A DNA stretch of 64,000 bases, from the NCBI GenBank assembly GCA_046758365.1, contig JBHIAC010000001.1:1-64000 (forward strand), written 5' to 3'. Both the position numbers and the translations under genes were made by a program. This document shows positions 30,758-40,923 of this stretch, in pieces. Source of the DNA: a bacterium. GTDB lineage: Bacteria > Zhuqueibacterota > Zhuqueibacteria > Oceanimicrobiales > Oceanimicrobiaceae. The notes below the pieces were generated by a model that saw only the letters and a list, made by a program, of their open reading frames with translations, was not told the DNA's origin and did no database searches. How positions within the stretch are numbered: the stretch's first letter is position 1; each line of letters begins with the position of its first letter.

Positions 30758-31687
30758 TTGATTTTAACCCCCAAAAAGTTAGAAGAAAGAGATACTATTG
30801 GAATAGTAGGGCCAGCAAGCCCAATGCGAAAAGAAAGGCTTAAGAAAGGCATTCAATACTTAAAACAACAGGGGTACGAGGTGAGAGAGGGTGAACATCT
30901 GAATGATAAATACGGCTATTTAGCGGGATCAGATGAAGACCGGGCCTATGACTTAAATCAAATGTTCCTCGATCCTGAAGTTGACGCCATTTTTTGCACC
31001 CGCGGTGGTTATGGAACGCCTAGATTATTAGATTTGATTGATTATGATGTCATTAGAAAAAATCCAAAAATATTTGTTGGTTACAGCGACATAACAGCGC
31101 TTCAATTAGCTATTTTTAAAAGAACGCAAGTTGTTACCTTTTCAGGTCCCATGGTGGCAGTTGAAATGGGTAAAGGCATCGAGCCATTTACTGAGACCCA
31201 TTTTTGGAATCTTCTAATGAAGGCAGAAGCTAAGACAAGACTGGAAGGACATAACGGTTCGCTTAAAATTCTAAATAAGGGTAAATCGGAAGGAAGACTA
31301 ATTGGAGGATGTCTTTCTCTCATTTGTTCTTTGCTAGGAACTCCATTTCTACCTGATTTCAAAAATGCAATTTTGTTTGTTGAAGAAATTGGAGAAGAAC
31401 CTTATCGAATTGACCGTAATCTTACTCAATTAAAATTAGCGGGGGTCTTAAATCAAATCAAAGGAATAGTTTTCGGACAATTTCATGACTGTTTAGCGCA
31501 ATCCAATGAACCAAGTTTAACCATTGAGCGAATTATTTACGATGTGACCTCTGATTTGGATATTCCAATATTAGCAGAGTTGCCGTATGGACATGTCGAT
31601 AGAAAATATACTATTCCGATAGGAACGCGGGTTTATTTGGATGCTGAAAAAGGGTATTTGGAAATTTTAGAAGAAGCTGTGGCTTAG
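30758..31687 (+). CDS. LD-carboxypeptidase (peptidase S66)
   Basis: RGGYG, GYSDIT, LFVEE, YGH triad motifs. Confidence 0.92.
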   Translation: MILTPKKLEERDTIGIVGPASPMRKERLKKGIQYLKQQGYEVREGEHLNDKYGYLAGSDEDRAYDLNQMFLDPEVDAIFCTRGGYGTPRLLDLIDYDVIRKNPKIFVGYSDITALQLAIFKRTQVVTFSGPMVAVEMGKGIEPFTETHFWNLLMKAEAKTRLEGHNGSLKILNKGKSEGRLIGGCLSLICSLLGTPFLPDFKNAILFVEEIGEEPYRIDRNLTQLKLAGVLNQIKGIVFGQFHDCLAQSNEPSLTIERIIYDVTSDLDIPILAELPYGHVDRKYTIPIGTRVYLDAEKGYLEILEEAVA

Positions 31688-31691
31688 AGGA

Positions 31692-31840
31692 TCAATGGCG
31701 TAGGTGCAAAAAGGTTCAGTAACTAATAATCTTACGTTGTTTAGGACGTTGGATTCATCCTGTAAGATATTTATCCAGTGGGATAGAAATCCTACATCCT
31801 TAAGGTTGAAATTATCCTGTATTTGCCCCAACGTCATCAA
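31692..31840. mobile_element. MITE-like element, family A copy 3
   Basis: Left AATGGCGTAGGTGCAAAAA; right ~40 bp nearly identical to copy 1 (GTTGAAATTATCCTGTWTTTGCCCCAACGTCAT). Confidence 0.75.
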
Positions 31841-31939
31841 TGATTTCAACATTTGCATTTTTAAATTGAAATTATTATATCTTTTGCTGAAAAAGGGCAA
31901 AATACGGGGCGATTATAGACTTTTACAGCGAGGCCATAA

Positions 31940-32575
31940 TTGACGCGATTAAAAGTTGGAGTACTGGCTTCTGGCAGAGGGTCTAATTTAAAGGCTCTGC
32001 TTAAAGCCATAGAACGGGGAGAACTTTTTGCTGAAATTGTTTTAGTAGTTAGTAATAAAGCCGATGCTGGAGTTTTTACAATAGCCAGCGAGTATGACAT
32101 ACCTACCCTTCATTTATCCCAAGAAAAGTTTTCATCCACCGAGGAATTTGATCGAGCCTTACTAAGCGCTCTCAACCAGCATCAGGTCGAAGTCATTGCC
32201 CTTGCTGGATATTTAAAAAAAATAAGTTCCACCATTATTCGTGCATATAAATACCGCATATTGAATATACATCCAGCACTATTACCATCCTTTGGGGGAA
32301 AAGGAATGTACGGAATCAAGGTCCATCAAGCCGTTTTGGACTATGGCTGTAAAGTTTCTGGAGTCACCGTACACTTGGTGGATGAAGAATTTGACACCGG
32401 CCCGCCAATTTTGCAAAGATGCGTGCCTGTAAATCAAGATGATACGCCAGAATCTTTGGCAGCCCGTGTATTAGAAGTCGAACATAAAATTTATGCAGAG
32501 GCCTTACAGCTTTTCGCAGAGAGACGAATTGATGTTCAAGGACGAAAGGTTTTCATTAAAGATGCACCTAATTAA
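31940..32575 (+). CDS. purN: Phosphoribosylglycinamide formyltransferase
   Basis: SGRGSN, LNIHPALLPSFGG, GVTVHLV..DTGP. Confidence 0.96.
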   Translation: MTRLKVGVLASGRGSNLKALLKAIERGELFAEIVLVVSNKADAGVFTIASEYDIPTLHLSQEKFSSTEEFDRALLSALNQHQVEVIALAGYLKKISSTIIRAYKYRILNIHPALLPSFGGKGMYGIKVHQAVLDYGCKVSGVTVHLVDEEFDTGPPILQRCVPVNQDDTPESLAARVLEVEHKIYAEALQLFAERRIDVQGRKVFIKDAPN

Positions 32576-33212
32576 TAAAACTAAAAATTTCCTGCTAATT
32601 CTGCTTCTGGTAACCACAATTAGTGGCTGCTCTAAAGAAGAAATTTCCACAGACAAGGTTCAAAAGGTCGATTTAGTTGAGGTCGTAAAATTAGACTCGA
32701 CAATTTTATTCGATATTCACTACGCCACTACAAACAATTTCATGGAGGAAAAGCTATATCCAGTTGCCAGATGTTTTTTACGGAGAGAAGTGGCGGAAAG
32801 ATTATCTCACATTCAAAAGGCTTTGAGAGAAGAGGGTCTTGGACTAAAAATTTGGGACGGTTATCGTCCACTTTCCGTGCAGTGGAAAATGTGGGAAAAA
32901 GTCTCCGATCCTAAATATGTGGCTGATCCCCGCAAAGGTTCAAGGCACAATAGGGGCTGTGCAGTGGATGTGACTTTGGTAGATGCAGCGGGTAATGAAC
33001 TTGAAATGCCCACAGGATACGATGACTTTACCGAAAAAGCTCATAGAAATTATATGCAGCTACCCCCTGAAGTCATTAAAAATCGTCAGATTTTAGAAAC
33101 GGCCATGACCAGAGAAGGTTTTATTCCACTACCCTCTGAATGGTGGCATTTTGATGATCCAAATTGGGAAAAATATAATTTACTGGATATCCCTTTAGAG
33201 AAGGTTAATTAA
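32562..33212 (+). CDS. D-alanyl-D-alanine dipeptidase (M15D, VanX/DdpX-like), probable lipoprotein
   Basis: WDGYRP, SRHNRGCAVD, EWWHF; lipobox ISGC. Confidence 0.9.
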   Translation: MHLINKTKNFLLILLLVTTISGCSKEEISTDKVQKVDLVEVVKLDSTILFDIHYATTNNFMEEKLYPVARCFLRREVAERLSHIQKALREEGLGLKIWDGYRPLSVQWKMWEKVSDPKYVADPRKGSRHNRGCAVDVTLVDAAGNELEMPTGYDDFTEKAHRNYMQLPPEVIKNRQILETAMTREGFIPLPSEWWHFDDPNWEKYNLLDIPLEKVN

Positions 33213-33438
33213 TCAGCCTAGTGCGAGTTTCCTAGTTAGCTATGAATAATTTGTCTTAAGTTACACAATAACAGATAATTATAATACCATTGACAGTATT
33301 ACCTAACTTAATTGTTTTGGATATTTATCCTGAACATAAAATATAAATGGACATTAGTCCCCACGAATTAACCGAATAAAGGGACAAATATCTATTTTAC
33401 TTTGCATTCAGTATGAATATACCGAACGATCCTAGAAC

Positions 33439-33477
33439 AAACGCTAAACCCAAATGCTTTCGGGGTCAGCGTTTTTT
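33439..33477 (+). terminator. Terminator-like hairpin upstream of purH
   Basis: Imperfect stem AACGCTAAACCC/GGGGTCAGCGTT plus T run. Confidence 0.45.
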
Positions 33478-33582
33478 AGAAGGTATATCCACATTTGAAC
33501 GGTTTTTTGCCAAAATCGATAAAAAACACAGGTATCTAATGTAAAAATGATCTCGAATAACGAATAATAGGAGGATGGGAAT

Positions 33583-35145
33583 ATGCCCAAAATTAAACGT
33601 GCGCTTTTAAGCGTGTATAATAAATCTGGCATCGTCGAATTTGCAACAATCTTACAGGAATATGGCGTTCAGATAATTTCCACTGGCGGAACAGCCAAGC
33701 ACTTAAATGAAAATGGCATAAAAACGCGCTCAATTTCAGAGCTCACAGAATTTCCTGAGATATTACAAGGCCGTGTGAAAACCTTGCATCCTAAAATTTT
33801 GGGTGGATTGTTGGCCCTCCGAAAAGATTCTGCTCAAATGGAAGAAACGCGACAGTTAAGAATTGATTTGATTGATTTGGTTGTTGTGAATCTTTATCCA
33901 TTTGAAGAAACCATAGCCAAAAAAAATATATCCCTTTTAGAAGCTTTAGAAAATATTGACATTGGCGGTCCTACCATGATAAGGGCGGCAGCAAAGAATT
34001 ACTTAGATGTAACTGTGGTGACCGCCCCCAGTCAATACGAGAAAGTTTTAACCGAATTCAAAAATAACCAAGGGGAGATTTCCTTAGATTTGCGTCAACA
34101 ATTAGCGGCGGAGGCTTTTGCCCGTACTTGCCGATACGATGCCGTAATAAATAGCTATTTGTCGAAAATTGCAACCTCAGAGTCGGTTTTCCCCAACCAT
34201 GTGTATTTTAATTTTGAAAAGGTACAAGATTTAAGGTACGGCGAAAATCCACATCAACGTGCGGCACTCTATCGAGAGATAAGCAAAGATTTTGCTGGAA
34301 TTACTAATGCTAGGCAGCTTCACGGTAAGGAGCTTTCATTTAATAACATTATCGATTTGGGTGCAGCCCTGGGTATTGTCCGAGAATTTGAAGAACCGTG
34401 CGCTGTAATTATCAAACACACAAATCCGTGTGGAGTGGCTATAGGGGAAAATCTCTGTGAAGCCTACTTAAACGCAAAAGCAACAGATCCACTTTCTGCT
34501 TTTGGCGGAATCGTCGGGTTGAACCGTACTGTAGACTTTGAAACAGCCCAAGCGATTTCAGAGCTTTTTACTGAGGCCATCATTGCGCCAGGATTTGAAC
34601 CAGAGGCGCTAACAATTCTACAATCTAAGAAAAACTTACGGCTTCTTGAAGGTACTGACCATGCGTTTATTAATTCACATGACTTTGATATTAAGCGCGT
34701 ACAGGGTGGTTTACTTTTACAAGATCAAGATTTATTAAAAATAAACGATATAAACTTTAAAGTAGTAACAAAACGCCAACCCTCGGAAGACGAATGGGCG
34801 GCTATGAAATTTGGATGGAGGGTCGCCAAGTGGGTTAAATCTAATGCGGTTGTTTACACCACTACAGATAGAACTAAAGGAATAGGGGCGGGTCAAATGT
34901 CTAGGGTCGATGCCTCTCTTTTAGCTGTGGAAAAGGCCAAGCGTATGGGACTTGCTCTAAAAGGCACTGCTGTGGCCTCAGACGCATTTTTCCCCTTTCG
35001 TGATGGGGTGGATGCTGCGGCAGAAGCAGGAGCCACCGCAGTCATTCAACCTGGTGGCTCCATCAGAGATGAAGAGGTAATTCAAGGTGCCGACGAGCAT
35101 AATTTGACCATGGTTTTTACTCACATTCGACATTTTCGTCACTGA
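33583..35145 (+). CDS. purH: Bifunctional AICAR formyltransferase/IMP cyclohydrolase
   Basis: [37 protein letters not shown]. Confidence 0.98.
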   Translation: MPKIKRALLSVYNKSGIVEFATILQEYGVQIISTGGTAKHLNENGIKTRSISELTEFPEILQGRVKTLHPKILGGLLALRKDSAQMEETRQLRIDLIDLVVVNLYPFEETIAKKNISLLEALENIDIGGPTMIRAAAKNYLDVTVVTAPSQYEKVLTEFKNNQGEISLDLRQQLAAEAFARTCRYDAVINSYLSKIATSESVFPNHVYFNFEKVQDLRYGENPHQRAALYREISKDFAGITNARQLHGKELSFNNIIDLGAALGIVREFEEPCAVIIKHTNPCGVAIGENLCEAYLNAKATDPLSAFGGIVGLNRTVDFETAQAISELFTEAIIAPGFEPEALTILQSKKNLRLLEGTDHAFINSHDFDIKRVQGGLLLQDQDLLKINDINFKVVTKRQPSEDEWAAMKFGWRVAKWVKSNAVVYTTTDRTKGIGAGQMSRVDASLLAVEKAKRMGLALKGTAVASDAFFPFRDGVDAAAEAGATAVIQPGGSIRDEEVIQGADEHNLTMVFTHIRHFRH

Positions 35146-35226
35146 TGTTTTCTGTTACGCTATAATGATATTTTGTAAATTAAATTTTCAGATAGAATTA
35201 AAAACACAAATGAGACAAGAACACTC

Positions 35227-36270
35227 ATGAAAATAAAGACACAATCCTTCTGGAAAAAATATTTTGTTAATGACATTGCAATCGATTTGGGAACAGCAAA
35301 CACGCTTGTCTATGTAAAAGGCCAGGGTATATTAATTAATGAGCCTTCTATCCTTGCTATTAGAAAAAGTGATCAACAAATTCTTGCCTATGGTAATGAC
35401 GCCAAAACAATGATGGGTCGTACCCCAGAATATCTTGCGACGGTTCGTCCTTTGAAAGATGGAGTTATCGCCGATTTTGATTTGGCGGAAAAGATGATTC
35501 GTCATTTCATCAAGAAAGTTCAAACGAATCGATTAATCCGTCCGAAAATTGCTGTTTGTATTCCATCTGGAATTACTGAAGTTGAAAGGCGAGCTGTTCG
35601 GGATTCAGCCGAGCACGCTGGAGGCCGTGAAATTTATCTCATTCAAGAACCGATGGCCGCGGCCATAGGGGTGGACCTCCCGATTGCCGAACCAGTAGGC
35701 AGCATGATTATAGATATAGGAGGTGGTACCACTGAAATTGCTGTAATTTCTCTTTCAGGCATTGTTACAGATATTTCCATTCGAATTGGTGGTGATGAGA
35801 TGAATGAGGCCATCGTACATTACTTTAAAAAAGAATATAATTTGTTGATTGGAGAGAATACAGCAGAATATATAAAAATTACTATGGGCTCTGCTGCCCC
35901 ATATCAAACTGAGGAGCATAAGAAGGTTAAAGGGCGGGATTTGGTGGAGGGTATCCCAAAAACAGTGAAAGTACATACCAAAGAAATTCAAGAAGCCCTT
36001 TCAGAATCAGTTGGATATATTGTAGATGCTGTCAAACTTTGTTTAGAAAGGACACCCCCTGAACTCTCATCGGATATATTAGACCGTGGAATTGTTTTGA
36101 CGGGAGGTGGGGCTTTACTTAAAGGAATTGATGAAAGACTCCGGATAGAAACAGAACTTCCCATAATTCTTGCTGATGATCCTTTAACTTGTGTAGTTCT
36201 CGGTACCGGAAAAATATTTGAAAACTTAAATGGCTACCAAAAAGTTTTAAGTACTGTGCGAAAGTACTAA
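35227..36270 (+). CDS. mreB: Rod shape-determining actin-like protein
   Basis: IDLGTANT, DIGGGTTE, LTGGGALL. Confidence 0.97.
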   Translation: MKIKTQSFWKKYFVNDIAIDLGTANTLVYVKGQGILINEPSILAIRKSDQQILAYGNDAKTMMGRTPEYLATVRPLKDGVIADFDLAEKMIRHFIKKVQTNRLIRPKIAVCIPSGITEVERRAVRDSAEHAGGREIYLIQEPMAAAIGVDLPIAEPVGSMIIDIGGGTTEIAVISLSGIVTDISIRIGGDEMNEAIVHYFKKEYNLLIGENTAEYIKITMGSAAPYQTEEHKKVKGRDLVEGIPKTVKVHTKEIQEALSESVGYIVDAVKLCLERTPPELSSDILDRGIVLTGGGALLKGIDERLRIETELPIILADDPLTCVVLGTGKIFENLNGYQKVLSTVRKY

Positions 36271-36271
36271 G

Positions 36272-37078
36272 ATGCATAGATTATACGAATGGTTCATAAA
36301 TCGTAAAGAATATCTTACATTTTTAGGTGCGGTTATCTTCTCTTTAATTTTAATTTTCACAAATGATGTTAGTCAAATACAAACGGTTAAATCATGGACC
36401 CTGGATGGATTTGGTTTACTATTAGAAAAACTCTCTGTATTAGATCGGATCACGTCAATTTATGAAGAAAATCGCTGGCTAAGACAGAAGAATGCTGAAT
36501 TGATGCTCGACAACAGCAAATTAAAAGAAGCTTTGCTTGAAAATAAAAGGCTGCGACAAATGTTAGTTTTTAAGTCTGAAAGCCAGTTGGACCTAATTCC
36601 TGCTAAAGTAATTGGGAAAGGGGGTAATGGATTTATCAATTCAATAATATTATCTATTGGACATAACGATGGCCTTGAAAGAAATATGGCTGTTGTTACC
36701 GCCCAAGGCCTTGTAGGAAAAATATTTAATGTTAGCAGATACCGCTCCACGGCTCAATTACTCCTTGATCGCAATTTTCGAGTCAGTGCCTTGATTCAAA
36801 GAAGTAGAGTTACTGGGATTATTAAATGGCATGAGGGAAATCAGGTATTCTTAGCTGAGGTGCCAAAACGCTCAGATGTTATCCTGGGCGATGTGGTTGT
36901 TACTTCGGGTTATAGTACTATTTTTCCTGGTGGCCTTAAAATTGGTTATGTAATCCGTATCAGTGAAAATGAAGAAGGCATGTTCATGAATATCTTGGTT
37001 AAACCATTAGTTGACTTTTCTAATTTGGAAGAGGTATTTGTAATTAGAAACCAAGTTTCTCAATCCATAGAACAGTAG
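36272..37078 (+). CDS. mreC: Rod shape-determining protein MreC
   Basis: TM, coiled coil EN.RLR.ML, GD.VVTSG..FP.G; synteny. Confidence 0.93.
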   Translation: MHRLYEWFINRKEYLTFLGAVIFSLILIFTNDVSQIQTVKSWTLDGFGLLLEKLSVLDRITSIYEENRWLRQKNAELMLDNSKLKEALLENKRLRQMLVFKSESQLDLIPAKVIGKGGNGFINSIILSIGHNDGLERNMAVVTAQGLVGKIFNVSRYRSTAQLLLDRNFRVSALIQRSRVTGIIKWHEGNQVFLAEVPKRSDVILGDVVVTSGYSTIFPGGLKIGYVIRISENEEGMFMNILVKPLVDFSNLEEVFVIRNQVSQSIEQ

Positions 37079-37567
37079 ATGCGCACCTTCATTTATGTAT
37101 TCCTTTTTTTTATATCTCTAATCTTGCAGATAACAGTTATTTCTTTATTTTCAATAAAAGAGATTACGCCTGATTTAATATTAATATTGGTTATTATTGT
37201 AGCGATACAAAAAGGGAGAGTTTGGGGAGTTGTGGCCGGTTGTATTGCTGGTGTAATTATTGACATTTTTGGTACTGGAATTATAGGGCTTTCATCTTTA
37301 ACCAAATCTGTGGCAGGCTATATCGCTGGATTTTTTGGCAGTGAGAGAATTGAAAGAAGCTTCAGTGTCGATTTTGGCCTTTTATTTTTATCATTGTTAG
37401 TTCATGATATTTTGTATTTTTCAATACTTTCTATTGGCACTTCCTTCAGTATTTGGAAAACTTTATTAATATATGTGCTCCCAACGTCTTTTTATACACT
37501 AATCCTCGCTCTTATGATTCATTTAGTATGGCCGAAAATTCTTTGGGGAAAAAACAAGGAATATTAA
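37079..37567 (+). CDS. mreD: Rod shape-determining protein MreD
   Basis: Hydrophobic, PDL motif, between mreC and mrdA. Confidence 0.88.
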   Translation: MRTFIYVFLFFISLILQITVISLFSIKEITPDLILILVIIVAIQKGRVWGVVAGCIAGVIIDIFGTGIIGLSSLTKSVAGYIAGFFGSERIERSFSVDFGLLFLSLLVHDILYFSILSIGTSFSIWKTLLIYVLPTSFYTLILALMIHLVWPKILWGKNKEY

Positions 37568-37583
37568 AAAGGATAATTAATTT

Positions 37584-39341
37584 ATGTCTGAAGATTTACA
37601 AAATAAAAAATTATTCTATACAATAATTACCCTTGTTTTATTTGCAATTTTGCTTGGGCGGTTTACCCAATTACAGATTTACAATTGGGATAAATATTTT
37701 AGTAGATCAGAAAGGAACAGAATACGTGAAGTTGTGATTGAACCATCTCGTGGTCTCATTTTAGATCGCCATGGTGAAATTTTAGTCGATAATCGTCCTG
37801 CTTATTCTGTATTTGTGGTTCCGTACGAATTTTTAAGAGCAGACAGCTCTATATCTCTACTCTCTTCAATAATTAAGCAAAAACCCTCCCAAATTAAACA
37901 CAAAATCAAAAAAGAACAAGTTGGACTATTTAATTCGGTAAAACTCAAGCGTCATATTGGATTTCAAGTGCTAAGTGCTATTGAGGAATATAGGTTGGAT
38001 TTGCCAGGCGTATTATACGGAATTGAATCTACGCGATTTTATCCGGCCGGGATCAGGGCGCCTCATTTATTTGGTTATCTTGGGGAGATAACTTCAAGGG
38101 AATTGTTAGAAAGAAAAGATGAGAAGTACAATTTGGGTGATTTGATTGGGAAAAATGGAATCGAATTACAATATGAAAATTATTTGCGTGGAGAGTCGGG
38201 AGTTCAATACATTGAAGTTGATGTATTTGGTCGGGAAGTTAGGGATTTACCGGAATTGACTGGGAAATCTCCTGTGCCGGGTAAAAATTTATATTTAACC
38301 ATTGATGCAGACATTCAAAGATATCTGGAAAGGGTGATGAAAGATAAAAAAGGCGCTGCTGTGATTTTAGACCCCAGGAATGGAGAAGTATTGGCTATGG
38401 TAAGCAAACCAGATTACAATCCAGAGATTTTTTCTACTCCTTTAACCCCAGAGATTTGGAAGCAACTTGTTAATCACGAAGATAGACCTTTGTACAATCG
38501 AGCCTGTCAAAGCCTTTACCCACCCGGATCTACATTCAAATTAATACTGGCAGCCGCGGGACTGGAACAGGGTATAATTGATCCAGAACGAAAAGTTTTT
38601 TGCGCAGGTACTTATCGTTTGGGTCGGCGGAACTTTGACTGTTGGAAAAAAGGGGGACACGGAGAAGTTAATCTATTGCAAGCTTTGGAACAGTCCTGTA
38701 ATGTGTATTTTTATACTATGAGTTTGGAGGTTGGATTAGAAAATTGGTCCAAGTTTGCTAAGCTATTTCAATTCGGTAAACTGACCCATTTAGATTTGCC
38801 CAATGAAAGTGCTGGTTTGGTTCCAAATAAAGAATATTTTGACAGGAAATATGGTGAAAGAGGCTGGACCACTGGAATGCTTTTAAACTTGGCGGTTGGA
38901 CAAGGAGATCTTTTAGTCACGCCGCTTCAAATGGCCTATTTAGCTATGATATTAGCTAATGAAGGTCTGGCTTTTAAACCCCACCTGGTAAAAAAAATTG
39001 AAACACTCTCTTCTGGAAAATTCATTTTAACAGAACTCGATTCCTTGCGGGTACGAGGGGTTTCTTCTGATAGTTTTAAAAAAATTAAACAAGGAATGTA
39101 TTTAGTCGTTAACGGTTCTCACGGGACAGCTAAAGCTGCAAGGTTACCTGAAATAAAAGTATGCGGGAAAACTGGTACAGCCCAAAATCCTCACGGCGAA
39201 GCTCATGCATGGTTTATAGGTTTTGCCCCCATGGAAAATCCTGTTGTAGCTTTCTGTATTTTTGTTGAAAATGGGGGTTCTGGAGGCGCCGTTGCCGCCC
39301 CAATCGCTCGAGGAGTATTATCTATAATTTTTAGTCAGTAA
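37584..39341 (+). CDS. mrdA: Penicillin-binding protein 2
   Basis: PGSTFK, SCN, GKTGTAQ; synteny. Confidence 0.95.
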   Translation: MSEDLQNKKLFYTIITLVLFAILLGRFTQLQIYNWDKYFSRSERNRIREVVIEPSRGLILDRHGEILVDNRPAYSVFVVPYEFLRADSSISLLSSIIKQKPSQIKHKIKKEQVGLFNSVKLKRHIGFQVLSAIEEYRLDLPGVLYGIESTRFYPAGIRAPHLFGYLGEITSRELLERKDEKYNLGDLIGKNGIELQYENYLRGESGVQYIEVDVFGREVRDLPELTGKSPVPGKNLYLTIDADIQRYLERVMKDKKGAAVILDPRNGEVLAMVSKPDYNPEIFSTPLTPEIWKQLVNHEDRPLYNRACQSLYPPGSTFKLILAAAGLEQGIIDPERKVFCAGTYRLGRRNFDCWKKGGHGEVNLLQALEQSCNVYFYTMSLEVGLENWSKFAKLFQFGKLTHLDLPNESAGLVPNKEYFDRKYGERGWTTGMLLNLAVGQGDLLVTPLQMAYLAMILANEGLAFKPHLVKKIETLSSGKFILTELDSLRVRGVSSDSFKKIKQGMYLVVNGSHGTAKAARLPEIKVCGKTGTAQNPHGEAHAWFIGFAPMENPVVAFCIFVENGGSGGAVAAPIARGVLSIIFSQ

Positions 39342-39427
39342 TAATTTATCTTTTGTTTTTGTGATTTGGGATTTCGTTTCTTTGTTCCTTGTGCAAGGAT
39401 TTTACTCTTAAGGAATTCATTTATACT

Positions 39428-40657
39428 ATGCTGCAAGAAAGCAAAATGATTCGTCATTTGGACGTGAGGATGTTAACATGCGTTCTGATTTTGGTTGTTT
39501 GTGGATTAATTGCGATTTACAGTGCGACTTACACTAGCGAATCTCAAACCGTCCAGTTTAATTTTAAAAGACAACTTATTTGGGTTCTCTTAGGAATGAT
39601 TATTTTGGGAGCTACCATTTTTACTCCTATCCGATTCATTAATAAATACGCTTTTAGCATTTATGGTATAACTATTCTTCTTTTAATATCTGTTTTATTT
39701 ATCGGCACTGGTTCTGGAGCTAAACGCTGGATTCCATTTGGTCCATTTTGGATTCAACCGGCAGAATTTGCCAAAGTTGGAACGGTTTTAGCTTTGGCTA
39801 AGTTTTTGAGTCAAGATAATAGAAACCTTAAAAATATAAGGGACTTAGCCATCGCCTTTGCTTTAGCTTTTTTGCCCTTGTTACTTATCATTCAGCAGCC
39901 GGATTTAGGTTCGGCTTTGGTGTTTTTAGCTTTGATTTTACCCATGCTGCATTGGGCCGGACTTTCACCAATTATATTATTTGTTTTACTTGCCCCATTA
40001 ATAAGTTTAATATGTGCATTTAATTACTATTCCTTTTTAATTGCTATGATTTTTATTAGTCTAGCCCTCATTCTTCTCCAAAGAGGATTAACCTTTTTTC
40101 TCATAAACTTTATTTTGAATATAGGCGTTGGCATTATTACTCCTATATTATGGAATCTTTTAAAAGAATATCAGAAGCAACGCATTCTTACATTTTTAGG
40201 ACTTGTGGCAGACCCACACGGTTTGGGCTACCAGGTGATTCAATCCAAAGTGGCTATCGGATCAGGAGGTTTTATAGGGAAAGGCTTTTTGCATGGCACT
40301 CAAACTCACCTCAGATTTCTTCCGGAGCAACATACAGATTTTATTTTTTCTGTAATTGGCGAAGAATTCGGATTTATAGGAGTGGTCGTGATTTTAGCTC
40401 TATTCATTTATCTTCTATTAAGGGGAATAATGATAGCCACAACTGTTAAAAGCAAATTTTCGAGCCTTTTGGTTTTTGGTGGAGTAATTATATTGTTATT
40501 CCAAATATGTGTTAATGTCGGAATGACAGTGGGCATCATGCCTGTTACAGGACTCCCTCTGCCATTTTTAAGTTATGGTGGCTCGGCGCTCCTCTCGAAT
40601 TTAATACTTGTAGGAATCATGTTAAATGCTTCTCTTAGACGATTTGATTATTTGTAA
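39428..40657 (+). CDS. rodA: SEDS peptidoglycan glycosyltransferase RodA
   Basis: QPAEFAK, QPDLG, LPEQHTDFIF, LSYGGS; start approximate. Confidence 0.95.
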   Translation: MLQESKMIRHLDVRMLTCVLILVVCGLIAIYSATYTSESQTVQFNFKRQLIWVLLGMIILGATIFTPIRFINKYAFSIYGITILLLISVLFIGTGSGAKRWIPFGPFWIQPAEFAKVGTVLALAKFLSQDNRNLKNIRDLAIAFALAFLPLLLIIQQPDLGSALVFLALILPMLHWAGLSPIILFVLLAPLISLICAFNYYSFLIAMIFISLALILLQRGLTFFLINFILNIGVGIITPILWNLLKEYQKQRILTFLGLVADPHGLGYQVIQSKVAIGSGGFIGKGFLHGTQTHLRFLPEQHTDFIFSVIGEEFGFIGVVVILALFIYLLLRGIMIATTVKSKFSSLLVFGGVIILLFQICVNVGMTVGIMPVTGLPLPFLSYGGSALLSNLILVGIMLNASLRRFDYL

Positions 40658-40810
40658 TTAATGACTTTGGTGCAAAAAGCTGACCTTCTCATAATTAGTG
40701 TTTAGTTTGCATTTAAATAACTTGCGTAACCTATTTGAAATCAAACAATTTAGCATTTTATAAGAAGGTTAGCTTTTGAGTTATTTCGCTTTTTGCAGTT
40801 TACTCATTAA
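40658..40810. mobile_element. MITE-like element, family A-related copy 4
   Basis: TIRs TTAATGACTTTGGTGCAAAAAGC / GCTTTTTGCAGTTTACTCATTAA; different interior. Confidence 0.65.
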
Positions 40811-40864
40811 TACTTTTAATATTATCATTGCTTCATGGGATCAAGCATCTATTTAAAAATTGCC

Positions 40865-40893
40865 TTGACTTTTAAATTTGAGTTTAATAAATT
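40865..40893 (+). promoter_or_regulatory. Sigma-70 promoter
   Basis: TTGACT-N17-TAAATT. Confidence 0.6.
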
Positions 40894-40923
40894 TACAATA
40901 CTATTTAATATTTGAGGTATAAA

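Noticed and set aside
29210..31840. CRISPR array from recurring palindromic repeats
   Set aside because: Copies are separated by whole genes, vary in length, and no cas genes are present.
31704..31943. 79-aa ORF and overlapping minus-strand ORFs
   Set aside because: They lie over the family A repeat and have no protein-like features.
33213..33582. ZTP (pfl) riboswitch upstream of purH
   Set aside because: The conserved GACUG and CGCCUGGG elements were not found.
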